NCBI GenBank assembly: GCA_002811645.1
Contig: PDIP01000027.1
Location: forward strand, 62,001-126,000
Reading direction: 5' to 3'
Length of the DNA: 64,000 nt
DNA from: Corallochytrium limacisporum Hawaii
Taxonomy: Eukaryota > Protista > Pluriformea
Under the pieces are notes generated by a model. It worked only from the letters and a program-made list of their open reading frames with translations. It was not told the origin of the DNA and did no database searches. Positions 1 through 10,049 of this stretch are shown here, piece by piece; position 1 is the stretch's first letter; every line of letters begins with the position of its first letter. Made by a program: the position numbers and the translations under genes.

Positions 1-2
1 CA

Positions 3-1436
3 CTCAAAAAATGGGGAGAGCTTAGTGTAAGTGTACCTGAATCGCACGCGGTCCACCCTCGTCTCCAGAAGGGTCATGTCGAGGATCGTTTGAAGAAGAT
101 TCGCGGCCAGAAGGCCAAGAAAGGCAGCACTGAGGCCACCCCAGTGGTGGATTGGGCTACTGCTGAAGCAATGGCGTTTGCATCTCTGCTTGCTGAAGGC
201 TACAATGTCCGTCTGTCAGGGCAAGATGTCGGGCGTGGTACCTTCAGCCAACGCCATGCCATGCTCGTGGATCAACAGACTGAAAAAGCGGTCGTTCCGC
301 TAAACCACAATGACCTTATAACTGGCATTGTCAAGCACCCGAAGGCAGCACAGGGTCGCCTGGAGATTGGCAACAGTCCGCTTTCCGAATATGCCGTTAT
401 GGGCTTCGAGTATGGCTACAGTCTGGAGCACCCCAATGCGCTTACACTGTGGGAAGCCCAGTTTGGAGATTTCATGAACGGTGCACAAATTATCATCGAC
501 ACCTGTATCAGCAGCGGAGAGACCAAGTGGTTGAAGCAGTCTGGCCTGGTCCTGCTTTTGCCGCACGGTATGGATGGTACGGGTCCCGAACATTCAAGTT
601 GCCGTGTGGAACGCTTCCTGCAGCTGACAGACTCATCCACGCGCTACTTTGACGCCGCCGGTGTGAACATGCACGTCGTCGCACCCAGTACACCGGCACA
701 GTACTTCCATCTTTTGCGCCGTCAAATGTGCAGGCCCTACCGTAAGCCACTGATTGTCGTCGGCCCGAAGACAATGCTGCGCCTGCCTGAGTGCCAGTCG
801 CAGATTAGCGCACTTGGCACCCACGCAAGTTTCCATCCGGTGCTCCTGGAGGGTCAGGACTCGCACAATGGTAATGCAGTGGTGCAGGCCAACACAGACC
901 CTATGGTCACCAAAGTCCTGTACTGCAGTGGAAAGATTTTCTTTGATCTCATGGCTCAGAAACAACAGCGCGGTGACGAAGTCAAGGACACTGCCATTGT
1001 ACGTGTGGAGGAACTATGCCCGTTCCCGGCCCTGCAGCTACGCCAGGTGGTTCAGGACTGCTACCCCAATGCCCGCCAGCATACTTGGGTGCAGGAGGAG
1101 CACGCAAACCAGGGCTACTGGTCCTTCGTGGAGCCACGGTTCCGAAATCTAGTTGGCAAGTCCCTGTCCCTGGTTAGTCGGGAGCATAGCGCTGTGCCTG
1201 CAGTGGGTGTCGGTTTACACCACCGCCGCGAGGTGTCGCTGCTTTTTGAAACAGCCTTCGGTGGGCTCCAAGAGGCACTGCCCCCGGTGATTCAGGAACA
1301 GTCCGCGGCAGCAACCTGTGCGCGCGAGAACCGCAACGGCAACGGTCTCGTCGCAGGCAAAGGTAGCCACCGTCTTCCGAAGCATCGAGATCACCACTAC
1401 AAGGATGGGCCACCCCCTAGGGCGCACTATCTGTAA
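3..1436 (+). CDS. DHTKD1: 2-oxoadipate dehydrogenase E1 component, mitochondrial (5'-truncated by the window edge)
   Basis: Frame is open from nt 3. Motifs DWATAEAMAF, RLSGQDVGRGTFSQRHAMLV, WEAQFGDF.NGAQIIIDT, LLLPHG.DG.GPEHSSCR.ERFLQ and WVQEEH.NQG fit the DHTKD1 branch of the OGDH family. Confidence 0.9.
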   Translation, partial: LKKWGELSVSVPESHAVHPRLQKGHVEDRLKKIRGQKAKKGSTEATPVVDWATAEAMAFASLLAEGYNVRLSGQDVGRGTFSQRHAMLVDQQTEKAVVPLNHNDLITGIVKHPKAAQGRLEIGNSPLSEYAVMGFEYGYSLEHPNALTLWEAQFGDFMNGAQIIIDTCISSGETKWLKQSGLVLLLPHGMDGTGPEHSSCRVERFLQLTDSSTRYFDAAGVNMHVVAPSTPAQYFHLLRRQMCRPYRKPLIVVGPKTMLRLPECQSQISALGTHASFHPVLLEGQDSHNGNAVVQANTDPMVTKVLYCSGKIFFDLMAQKQQRGDEVKDTAIVRVEELCPFPALQLRQVVQDCYPNARQHTWVQEEHANQGYWSFVEPRFRNLVGKSLSLVSREHSAVPAVGVGLHHRREVSLLFETAFGGLQEALPPVIQEQSAAATCARENRNGNGLVAGKGSHRLPKHRDHHYKDGPPPRAHYL

Positions 1437-1903
1437 TGTGTGACGTAGTGTTGTGATGCCATCTCTGGTGTTGTCAGCCCATGTTTTTCAAAAGAGGGCA
1501 AAATAGTGCAAGACATAGACTTCCCCCCCACCCCCCTTTTCCCCTGGAGTGCACAATTTGCTCCGTTGTTTTAGTATTGTTGAAATGCGCAAGCTGTCCG
1601 AACCTCCCCAAGCTCCCTCGGCCCTCGCTTCTTGTTCCTCGTGTGCTATGGCAGACTTCGCAAACGAAGTTTCATACTAGTTCATATGTATATTTGAACG
1701 CCTGGCGATTGGGAACTACACAAGGTGGCTCGGGTTTGGATTCCAAACCCAATTACGGCGCTTGGGAACTTGACACTACAAACTGAGACAGCGCAAAACA
1801 TGACTACCTAAGCATGCAAAACATGTTCCTGATGTTACAGATCTATTATGTTACCTTGAGTGGTTGTTTTTGGTGAAAAGCTATGGTAAACCCGGTTCCA
1901 TGT

Positions 1904-2791
1904 TTACTTGTTCTGGAAGTTCGCCTTGCGCTTGGCAGCAAACGCCTCCATACCCTCCTTGCGATCGTCGAAGGCAAAGGTAGAGTGGAACATGCGACGC
2001 TCATACTTGCAACCCTCGGCCAGAGTCATCTCAAAGGCCTTGTTAACAGATTCCTTGCAGATGTTGACAATCGGAGTGGACAGGTTGGCAATTTTTTCCG
2101 CCTTGCCGATGGCCTCATCGACGAGGGTGGCAGCCGGATAGACACGGGCAACGAGGCCACTAGAGTAAGCCTCTTGAGCATCGATCTGTTCACCAGTCAG
2201 GCAGAGCTCCATAGCCTTGGACTTACCAATGGCACGGACCAGGCGCTGCGTGCCGCCAGCACCGGGGATGGTGCCCAAGAGAATCTCGGGCTGACCAAAC
2301 TTAGCACCATCGCCAGCATACATAATATCGCACATCATGGCCAATTCACAGCCACCACCGAGGGCATAGCCATTGACAGCAGCAATGGTGGGCTTGGGGA
2401 AGTCAGCGACAGCAGTCCAAGAGCTGAGGAAACCACCCGAGTGGCACTTCTGGATGGTCAGAGGAATCATCTCCTTGATGTCAGCACCAGCCGCAAAGGC
2501 CTTCTCGGAACCAGTAATGACGACCGCACCGATGTTGTCGTCCTTAAGGAATCCGTCAAGGGCGCACTGGACTTCCTGCATTAGTTCATCACAGAGGGCG
2601 TTCAAGGCCTTAGGGCGGTTGAGCTGGATAAAGCCGACATTGAGGTTCTTGCCCCGGACGTCAGTCTTGATCATGTTGAAACCCTCACTGTAGTGACGGA
2701 CCATGGAGAGCAAACCAACGGAACTGGCGCGAGTCAAGGAAGACTGACTACGCACGGAGCGCAGACCAGTATGAGCAATCTGACTAATCAT
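1904..2791 (-). CDS. ECHS1: Mitochondrial short-chain enoyl-CoA hydratase (crotonase)
   Basis: [60 protein letters not shown]; Arg/Ser-rich N-terminal presequence. Confidence 0.97.
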   Translation of the reverse strand: MISQIAHTGLRSVRSQSSLTRASSVGLLSMVRHYSEGFNMIKTDVRGKNLNVGFIQLNRPKALNALCDELMQEVQCALDGFLKDDNIGAVVITGSEKAFAAGADIKEMIPLTIQKCHSGGFLSSWTAVADFPKPTIAAVNGYALGGGCELAMMCDIMYAGDGAKFGQPEILLGTIPGAGGTQRLVRAIGKSKAMELCLTGEQIDAQEAYSSGLVARVYPAATLVDEAIGKAEKIANLSTPIVNICKESVNKAFEMTLAEGCKYERRMFHSTFAFDDRKEGMEAFAAKRKANFQNK

Positions 2792-3741
2792 GGCAGAGAT
2801 GTCTTGTTATCGAAACTTGCAATTGAACGACACTTGCGTGTTCAGGGTCTCGTACAGACCTTACACTCGTATCTCACGTGATCCAGCCACTGAAGTACCT
2901 TCGCTAACCCAGGAATCGAGACGGTCGGACAAAATGATGCCTTGGGATGCAGTTACGTTAGGGGCCCCCTTTTCACAAGTACACAGGCTCTGCCGACCGG
3001 GACGTGACATCCCGACCTGTTGGGGGGTCCCTCTGGTTTGCTGGCAGTGTGTATCCCACTGTGGAAAACAAAGTCCCGACCGGTTCAACCACAGCTGCGC
3101 AAGTCCTGCATTACTGGTCCGCACATCGAGAGCGAAAACAAAACGTTCCCACACCAAATTTGTTGGGTGGGGGGTGGTGGGGGCTCGCGAGTGGCTGGCT
3201 TGTGGGCGGCGTGTTACAGCTGATTAGTTGCCAGGCTTGGCGCACCGAACTGTGTGTACACCGCAGAGACAGACAAGGAACGGGTTGGTCTGAAGGCTTC
3301 GGGCAGCTCTCCTTGGGTTCTTCTTTCTTTTTCATTGTCCTTGCTCGTTCTTTGAGTTTGGGGTCAAAAATAGAAAAACGGATAGGCTCTGAGCCTTCGC
3401 AATAGTAATATAGTGCTACCCGCCCCCCTCTGCCGGAGGGCCGGGCCAGGAGGGCCGGGCCCGGAGGGAGATGGGAATTGGACCGGTTGGAAGAACCGAG
3501 GAAGTATACGACGAGTTGGAGAGTCCCCTGAAGTGTGATGGAGAACCGGTACCGCCTTTGCCGGCGCGATCGCCTTCGTGAGTTGGTTGGGGAGAAGGAG
3601 AGTATTCAGAGCGATGACGACCATGTCATGTTACGCTGGAGCGTAAGGCTGTGCAAAACAGGGTTCTTGCTCATGCTTTGGCAATCTACTCTGCCACAAT
3701 ACGTTTATTGATTATCTATGTTTTGGATATGCGGTTAGCTT

Positions 3742-4437
3742 TTACAATGCCTCGGCATTCGCGAGCTGAGTTAGTCTGCTATCCTCTTGCGCTTGCAGTG
3801 TCTGAGCTACAATGCGGTCCATCTGACGATCCCGCGTAAACTCTCGGATGGCCTTATGGCAAACGGGACATTTAAAAGCCGATTTCTTCGAACGCCTGGA
3901 CTGGCTCTTGCGGATCTCTTCGATTGAGGCGCGGCTGAAGACATGCCCACACTCTCCTCGCATCGGGCTCTTGAGCACACTCTGTGAAATGGGGCATTTG
4001 ATGCTGACTTGGGCATCTACTACTGCCAGATCTTCGTCACCATCGTCAGCAGCATTGACGTTCTGATTGCCCCGCTCCTGAGCCCTGCGTTTGAACTCCT
4101 TCACAACTGGGTGGCGCTTGGTATTCTGTGGCAGGCGTTCTCGGCGGTTGTTGTATTCCTTCTTGTAAATCTTGGCTGCATCCACCGTACCTTCATCATC
4201 TTCATGTCCAGCCGCCTGGGTCATGGCTTTACTGTACGCTTCTTCCATATCCTCCATACGCTGCAATAGGCTGGCGATCTTTAGCACCTGGCCATCGATT
4301 CTCTCGTACTGTTCTCGCGAATCCACTGCATCAACTGTGTCATTAAGAGTAGATGCCAGAGCTTTCAAGCGCTGACCAGGTCCATTTACTTGTTGGAACA
4401 GCTCGCGAAATGCGCTATTATCGGCTGTTGCTGCCAT
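3742..4437 (-). CDS. NSMCE2: SP-RING E3 SUMO ligase Nse2/Mms21 (Smc5/6 complex)
   Basis: Helical N-terminus, acidic DDGDEDL stretch, then KCPIS...P...CGHVF...I...CPVC SP-RING; 231 aa. Confidence 0.85.
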   Translation of the reverse strand: MAATADNSAFRELFQQVNGPGQRLKALASTLNDTVDAVDSREQYERIDGQVLKIASLLQRMEDMEEAYSKAMTQAAGHEDDEGTVDAAKIYKKEYNNRRERLPQNTKRHPVVKEFKRRAQERGNQNVNAADDGDEDLAVVDAQVSIKCPISQSVLKSPMRGECGHVFSRASIEEIRKSQSRRSKKSAFKCPVCHKAIREFTRDRQMDRIVAQTLQAQEDSRLTQLANAEAL

Positions 4438-4725
4438 GATTTCATCTAAAGCCAGTTTCGATATGTGCGTGTCTCCCTTCCCGTTTTATATTTGTTTTCG
4501 GGTTCTGAACCCCATACACACCATCGATGTAAGAATTTTCATTTCATATACAATGTTGTTTGCTATGAGACTTCTATCTTTGTCGTAGCCCTTTGTCATC
4601 GTATACCTTTGGAACCGCTTCAGGCGTTTGCCACGTCAGGTTTCTCATTGTTGCTACCGCGAATCCTATGCAGAGGGAAGTGGTCCCGTAGAGGTGGGGA
4701 GGCCGTGTACGGGAACCCGGGAGGG

Positions 4726-4737
4726 TTTTGGCGCCAA
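4726..4737. promoter_or_regulatory. Palindromic E2F-type site TTTTGGCGCCAA in the NSMCE2/HAUS8 bidirectional promoter
   Basis: Matches TTTSSCGC; core TTGGCGCCAA (4728-4737) is a perfect palindrome between divergent genes. Confidence 0.45.
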
Positions 4738-4923
4738 GCTTTTGCGGGAGCTCTGAGACCAAGATACCCCGGAGGGGGAACTTGGACTTTAAAGGTATAC
4801 AAGGGCTTGGATACTTGTGCGAACAAGAGCACAGCGCCGTACACCACAAAGGTTAATCAAACCTCACAGAAACTTTGAGAACCTTCCCTTCCCAGTAGAG
4901 CAGATGTTTACAAGAGTTAAAGG

Positions 4924-6399
4924 ATGAACACAGATAGGGGAAGGTCCCGAACACGGGCAGAAGATCCGATGACCGCCGCGCGGGAGCGGTCGGCCTCGGC
5001 AACAAAACGGAAAAAGAAGCCTCCGCGCGTTGTGCAATCACGGTACATGCTCTCGGCGGCCCCAAAGAAAACATCGGGAACGCCCCTGCCCCATGCAGGC
5101 TCAGATCAGCAGAGACCCACCTTCCGTAAATTTGTTGGAACCAGCAACATCAACAAACCTTCTGTGGGCAGTGCCTCTCGGCAGCGCCCTTCCGTGCCGA
5201 ACGCCAACGATGCTTCCATTCGTCGCCGGATCAATCAGCTGGGTAAAGCCTCTGCGGCACCGACTCCACTAAGTAAAGGACCGAGCAATATGTACACCAC
5301 TCCGATTGCAGCCACGAAAACTACTCGGGTCGTCAAGAACCACATCGAAAGACCTTCTGCAAAGGGGAACAGCGGTACCGCAACCGACACGGCCGTCGCA
5401 GAGCCCTCTTCATCAGCCTACCGTACAAGTCGTAGTTTTATCACCCCGGGACGTTTTGATAAGAGGTCTTCGGTAACATCATCCGCACAACGATCTAGAT
5501 CGTCCAGCAAGACCAGGGTCCCTGCGGTAGCTCAGAAAACATCCGCAAAGAAGGAGACATTCGTAAGCCGCCGGCAAGCCCCCTCCTCTTCACTTCAGAA
5601 GAAGAAGACCTCAGTCAAGAGCTCAGTCTCCTCTTCTGGACTCAAGCCAAAGCGGGGACCCCTGCTGACTACTGCGGACAATACACCCGAAACTGGCGTG
5701 TCCACCGCCCCTGAAAATGACGCGAAGCACAAGGCAAAAGCCACGGACCCACTCAGCCGTATGGAAGCGATGCCTGGACCTCTTGCAGCTCTGGTGGCGC
5801 AGGCGGACTTGGCACAGGCGCTGTACCTCAAAGTTTTTGCTCAGCACCAAGTCAACTCAGAGCGCAAGGCTGCACGAGAGCAAATTGCCGCTCTCTATGC
5901 CACCACCGCACGAACTATGCGTGATGTTACTGTGCTCAAATGTGAGACCGTTCAACAGGCTCTGGATGAGTCTCAACAGGCCGCCATGGATCGACAGGAG
6001 GAACTGCTTGCTGTCAGCATGGACCTGGTCAAAAAGGCCCAAGAATGTGTGGAGATTATCACCCGCGCACTGGACTCGGCGACCCATCGCATGGTCACAC
6101 ATGGGATCAAAGTGGACAACTTGCTGGAGGTGGAAGGTGCTGTTCGTGAGGCTCTTGACGGCGTGCAGCACCTGTACACACCTGCGATGCAGGCCCTCAA
6201 CAACTCTCTAGTACCGGCATCAAAGCACATGAATGACTTGGTGGCCGGTGTGGAACGTGCGACGCGTGAGATCAATCGTTTACACCGTCTCACCGATGCG
6301 GCAAACTACTGGTCGACGTACGATGAGAGTCTGAGATTGTTTGGGGACGCTGAGAAGGCTGTTGGCTCTACCAGAGCCACGTCGTCCTCAGCGGCATAA
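4924..6399 (+). CDS. HAUS8: Augmin subunit HAUS8/Hice1/QWRF-like protein
   Basis: N-terminal RVVQSRYM motif (HAUS8/QWRF R-x-[VI]-x-SRY), long basic Ser/Thr-rich disordered region, C-terminal coiled coil of about 200 aa. Confidence 0.65.
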   Translation: MNTDRGRSRTRAEDPMTAARERSASATKRKKKPPRVVQSRYMLSAAPKKTSGTPLPHAGSDQQRPTFRKFVGTSNINKPSVGSASRQRPSVPNANDASIRRRINQLGKASAAPTPLSKGPSNMYTTPIAATKTTRVVKNHIERPSAKGNSGTATDTAVAEPSSSAYRTSRSFITPGRFDKRSSVTSSAQRSRSSSKTRVPAVAQKTSAKKETFVSRRQAPSSSLQKKKTSVKSSVSSSGLKPKRGPLLTTADNTPETGVSTAPENDAKHKAKATDPLSRMEAMPGPLAALVAQADLAQALYLKVFAQHQVNSERKAAREQIAALYATTARTMRDVTVLKCETVQQALDESQQAAMDRQEELLAVSMDLVKKAQECVEIITRALDSATHRMVTHGIKVDNLLEVEGAVREALDGVQHLYTPAMQALNNSLVPASKHMNDLVAGVERATREINRLHRLTDAANYWSTYDESLRLFGDAEKAVGSTRATSSSAA

Positions 6400-6467
6400 C
6401 GCTTTACCTTACATTACATATACACCGTTGTAAATAGTAGTCTCGTTTACATGTCTCATGCATTTTA

Positions 6468-7523
6468 CTACCCTAAGTTGTGGAGACTTGACATTGCATC
6501 CAACCATTCAAGATGTTCGTGAGCCCAATGTGAGCAATTCTGGGCCTGGAGGTGATTGGTTGTGAGGTCTTTTCTGTCCATATCTAGGAGATGTGCCATT
6601 CCGTGCTCGATAGTATCGTGAATCAGATCTTTGCGATGACCCCAGTAAACGATAGATGTGCTCCATTGTCGGCACTGAATGTGACAATGGCCCAGACTGG
6701 CCACAAGAAACTCCTCTTCAAACACTCCGTTATTCTTCAGCAGCATCAGCGCCTTACAGACACGATACCGATGGTCAATGGCACATATATCTAAAGGTTC
6801 CTTCGCAAGGAATTCCTGAGTATGCATAGCTTCCTGCGCCATTTGAAATTGCACTTCCATAGAATCAATGACACCTTGATTGCTATGGTACCAATTCAGC
6901 CAGTCCTCGGTCAAACTCCATCTGTATTCCCAGGAATAGTAGTTCTTAGTGTGGCATGTCGAGCGGTGCAAATGGATCGGCCAAGATTTGCTCAACCATG
7001 ATTGTGTTAAAATCTTGGACTGTTCTTTTTGGTCCCAGGAGAGCTGATTGCACACTGTGTGGTCAAACACAGCAAGCATGCTCTGTCGCCAGTGCCACAT
7101 CAGCTCCTCGCACTTGGCATGCTTGCGGGACAAAAATTCAACGAGATCAAGCTCTCTTTGCAGTGCCGATAAGGTTAAGTTGTCGCAGAGGATACGATGA
7201 CGCGTAGACCAGGCTTCATCATCTTCTGAATTTATCATCAGCAATACTATGGACGCCGGGTCAGCTGTGAGTCCCTGAGACCCTATCCTTAGCCGACCCA
7301 GTGCATACTGCCCTAGCTGAGCGATAGACGAGTAGGGCACGCCAATCACTACTTCTCTTCGATCTTTTGGTACGTCCTCACCTTCATTAATGACATCAAC
7401 AACCACTGCATCTCCATGACAAAAGTCGAACTCTATCCGCTCTAGATCATACTGTGCGAGCAGTCTGACTACCACTGCGTAGGTCTCTGAGCCCGACAAG
7501 ACTGGAGTTTGATCTACTGGCAT
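6468..7523 (-). CDS. PTAR1: Protein prenyltransferase alpha-subunit repeat protein (GGTase-III alpha-like)
   Basis: LLMINSEDDEAWSTR, ELDL...L.RKHAK...WH.R, KNYYSWEYR and WGHR are PPTA repeats. Confidence 0.7.
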   Translation of the reverse strand: MPVDQTPVLSGSETYAVVVRLLAQYDLERIEFDFCHGDAVVVDVINEGEDVPKDRREVVIGVPYSSIAQLGQYALGRLRIGSQGLTADPASIVLLMINSEDDEAWSTRHRILCDNLTLSALQRELDLVEFLSRKHAKCEELMWHWRQSMLAVFDHTVCNQLSWDQKEQSKILTQSWLSKSWPIHLHRSTCHTKNYYSWEYRWSLTEDWLNWYHSNQGVIDSMEVQFQMAQEAMHTQEFLAKEPLDICAIDHRYRVCKALMLLKNNGVFEEEFLVASLGHCHIQCRQWSTSIVYWGHRKDLIHDTIEHGMAHLLDMDRKDLTTNHLQAQNCSHWAHEHLEWLDAMSSLHNLG

Positions 7524-7924
7524 TTCCTCATCTTTCAGCCAAACCTAAAGACCCCGATCATCTAAATTCTCTTTATTATTTGCAGCACTGCGTTACCAGA
7601 GCAAGCCATCGAAGTACCTGATAGACCCGTGAACAGCGAAGCCTTACCAAGCCAATCTTCGAAGCGGGAATGCAATCCCTCCCCCCTCCTTCCAACACTC
7701 CTCACCCGGGTCCGCACCAGAAGGGCTACTTGGGGCAGCCTTGTGGGGTTCAAAACAAAATAATTGAGTTGAATGGATGGTGTGTCTCGTTTCGTCCTCG
7801 TTCTAACAGCCAAGTGAAATTAGTGGAAAGCGATCACGGCTAAGACTGAATCAGAGTCTACCTAAACGTACGAAAGTCACAAACTAAATTCATGCGGTAG
7901 CAACCAAAACAATAAGAAGGAAAA

Positions 7925-8632
7925 ATGTCTTCGGGCACATTGCAGTTGATACAACATCGCTCGGCATGGGGAGCCATGTCTTGGGACCCTCTATGTCTCG
8001 CAGTACAGACGTTTTTGCGATTCAATGGCCTAAAGTTCTATGTGAACTCTTGCGGAAATAATTTGATCTCGCCAAAAGATATTTTGCCTCTACTTCGGGA
8101 CAGTGGGCAACAGATTGCAGGCTTTGAGGACATAGTCGACCATATTTATAACACAGGTCGGAATAAATATGGCTTTGATGGCAGCGAACGGCGCCGGGCC
8201 ACTCTAATCATTGCCATGGTCAAGGATGCTCTACGAATTCCCCTCTTGGATGCCCTCTGGGGTGACCGTAAGGATTTTGAGACATGCGTGCTGCCGCTGT
8301 ATGAGAAGATGCATCCTTGGCCATTGAGCCGTCTCCTTGCGGAGCGTGACCGAGCGGACACTCTGACACTGATGTATGAAGGTCGGAAACACCTGGATCG
8401 CGACGCAATCGTAAGGAAACTTGAGAATGTCCTTTCACTGCTGTCAGATATGCTGCAGGGAAAGAAGTTCGTGCTCGGTGGATCGGCGCCTTCGGAAGCA
8501 GATGCCATAATCTTCGCGTATCTGTTCTTGCTCAAAAGCTGTCCTTCAACACAGTTGCTCTGGCGTAGACGTCTGGAGAAGCATAGTACGCTCGAGGGGT
8601 ACTGCGAACGGATACGCATGGACTACTTCTGA
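7925..8632 (+). CDS. Metaxin-family (Sam35/Sam37-like) GST-fold mitochondrial outer-membrane protein
   Basis: WG..S.DP.CLAVQTFLRF, SP...LP.L, LS.LSD.L....F..G..PS..DAIIFAYL, L..YCERI...YF; no C-terminal TM. Confidence 0.85.
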   Translation: MSSGTLQLIQHRSAWGAMSWDPLCLAVQTFLRFNGLKFYVNSCGNNLISPKDILPLLRDSGQQIAGFEDIVDHIYNTGRNKYGFDGSERRRATLIIAMVKDALRIPLLDALWGDRKDFETCVLPLYEKMHPWPLSRLLAERDRADTLTLMYEGRKHLDRDAIVRKLENVLSLLSDMLQGKKFVLGGSAPSEADAIIFAYLFLLKSCPSTQLLWRRRLEKHSTLEGYCERIRMDYF

Positions 8633-8781
8633 AGTGCTTCGGCCCGTGGTCATTTTCACAGAAGTACTCTTGCGACACTGTAAATTAAATACCTAAAGTA
8701 GTAGTCAAGTCTATTGAAGCATGGTATGTTGTGCTCAGATCTATCATATACAGGTTTTCTTTAATGAGTAAGCTCGCAACT

Positions 8782-9081
8782 CTAATTTTTAGTCACCTTC
8801 CAAATGCTCCAATTGCTATCCCATTTAGTGCGCCGGTTGTCCTGGCGCTTGAAGTAAGGCCGCTCAATCATCCATGACCGAATATGCATCTCTGGGTTTC
8901 TGGCGTGCAGAGTTTTCTCTTCGGCCATGGTCAGGTACGGAGTTTCGATCAGTTTCAGGACGTTGTTGATGCGTGCCTGCTTGGCCATTTCATTGATCTT
9001 GCGTGTCCGCGTGTACTTGCGCTGGCGAGCACCCTTGCCGAACCATTGCATACCAGAATACAGTACCCTTGTGAAGAACAT
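8782..9081 (-). CDS. MRPL57: Mitochondrial ribosomal protein mL63 (MRP63)
   Basis: 99 aa, basic; MF.T..L...G.QW.GK..R.R and L..PYLT..EE fit the mL63 pattern as recalled. Confidence 0.7.
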   Translation of the reverse strand: MFFTRVLYSGMQWFGKGARQRKYTRTRKINEMAKQARINNVLKLIETPYLTMAEEKTLHARNPEMHIRSWMIERPYFKRQDNRRTKWDSNWSIWKVTKN

Positions 9082-9673
9082 GATTTCTATTCTCAGTTTT
9101 CCCGTGTCAATGTAGTATATCAGATCCAGTACGATGCACGTGGGCGTCCCCTATAAACTAGTTGCGGTCCACCCTATATAACAAACCTGCCGTCAACTAT
9201 CCGACCATGCTAACCAGTATTTATGCTCGGTCAGCTACACAATAGAAAATACAGCAAGATCTGGTACAAGTTAAAATATCTACAGTACAAGTCAGGGTCC
9301 TCAAGTGCTCCCGGTCCAGCCTTCCACGCCCTGACCCCGTGGTCTCAAGTACCTCTCCCCCACCTCGCTTCCCCTCGCTTTCCCAACTGACGCAGCCCAC
9401 ACCTCAAGAAGCACGGGTTACTGGGTTCTCATAGCGGGAGCACTACCGCACCCCTTCCTTCCAGCGGCGCCTATACTTTCACTACCGAAGACCGGAATAA
9501 AACAGAGTGACCACCCCGCAAACCCCCTTGCGGATGAGAGAGTGGCTTTTTCTCCCCGTCCTCCAGGTCACCGCCCCCGCCCCCCTTTTACACCGCGCCG
9601 GGAGACGGGTGGGGAGACAAGGGGCAACAAGGAAACAGGTAAAGCAAAAAAAGGCGAAACAAACGAACAACCT

Positions 9674-9695
9674 CCCCCCCCCCCCCGGGGGGGGG
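9674..9695. repeat. C13-G9 homopolymer palindrome in the mL63/XPO6 divergent intergenic region
   Basis: Directly visible: ccccccccccccc ggggggggg. Confidence 0.9.
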
Positions 9696-10049
9696 CGCTT
9701 ACTCAACGGTCTCAAGAGCTCCCCCAGTCCTCCTCCAATTGGTTGGGACGCTCGGCCGCGCCTGGAACCATCGTTCCCGTAGTGTGCAGAGTTTTGAGCT
9801 GGTGTTCATCATGCCATTGATGGAATACGGTAGGTATATCAAGCATATCATCACTAGCAACATGATGATAAGGATGAAGGCATCAGATCATTCAGAGAGT
9901 ATATCTCAGGGGGCTCCAGTGAACAAAGCGAACACAACAATAGGGATGACCAGACCGTTAGGACGATCAAGGCGTAGGGTAGATTTCATGACGATGTAAC
10001 ATATGGACACCGTTAGCGTTTGACTTCTGTATCAGTAGCAGACAGAGTC

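Noticed and set aside
1883-2584. 233-aa plus-strand ORF
   Set aside because: Antisense shadow of the codon-biased ECHS1 gene.
9699-9989. Minus-strand frame resembling a two-TM protein if TGA were read as Trp
   Set aside because: TGA terminates bona fide genes here (XPO6, GINS4, BLM, MAT1), and the T-rich strand gives hydrophobic residues in more than one frame.
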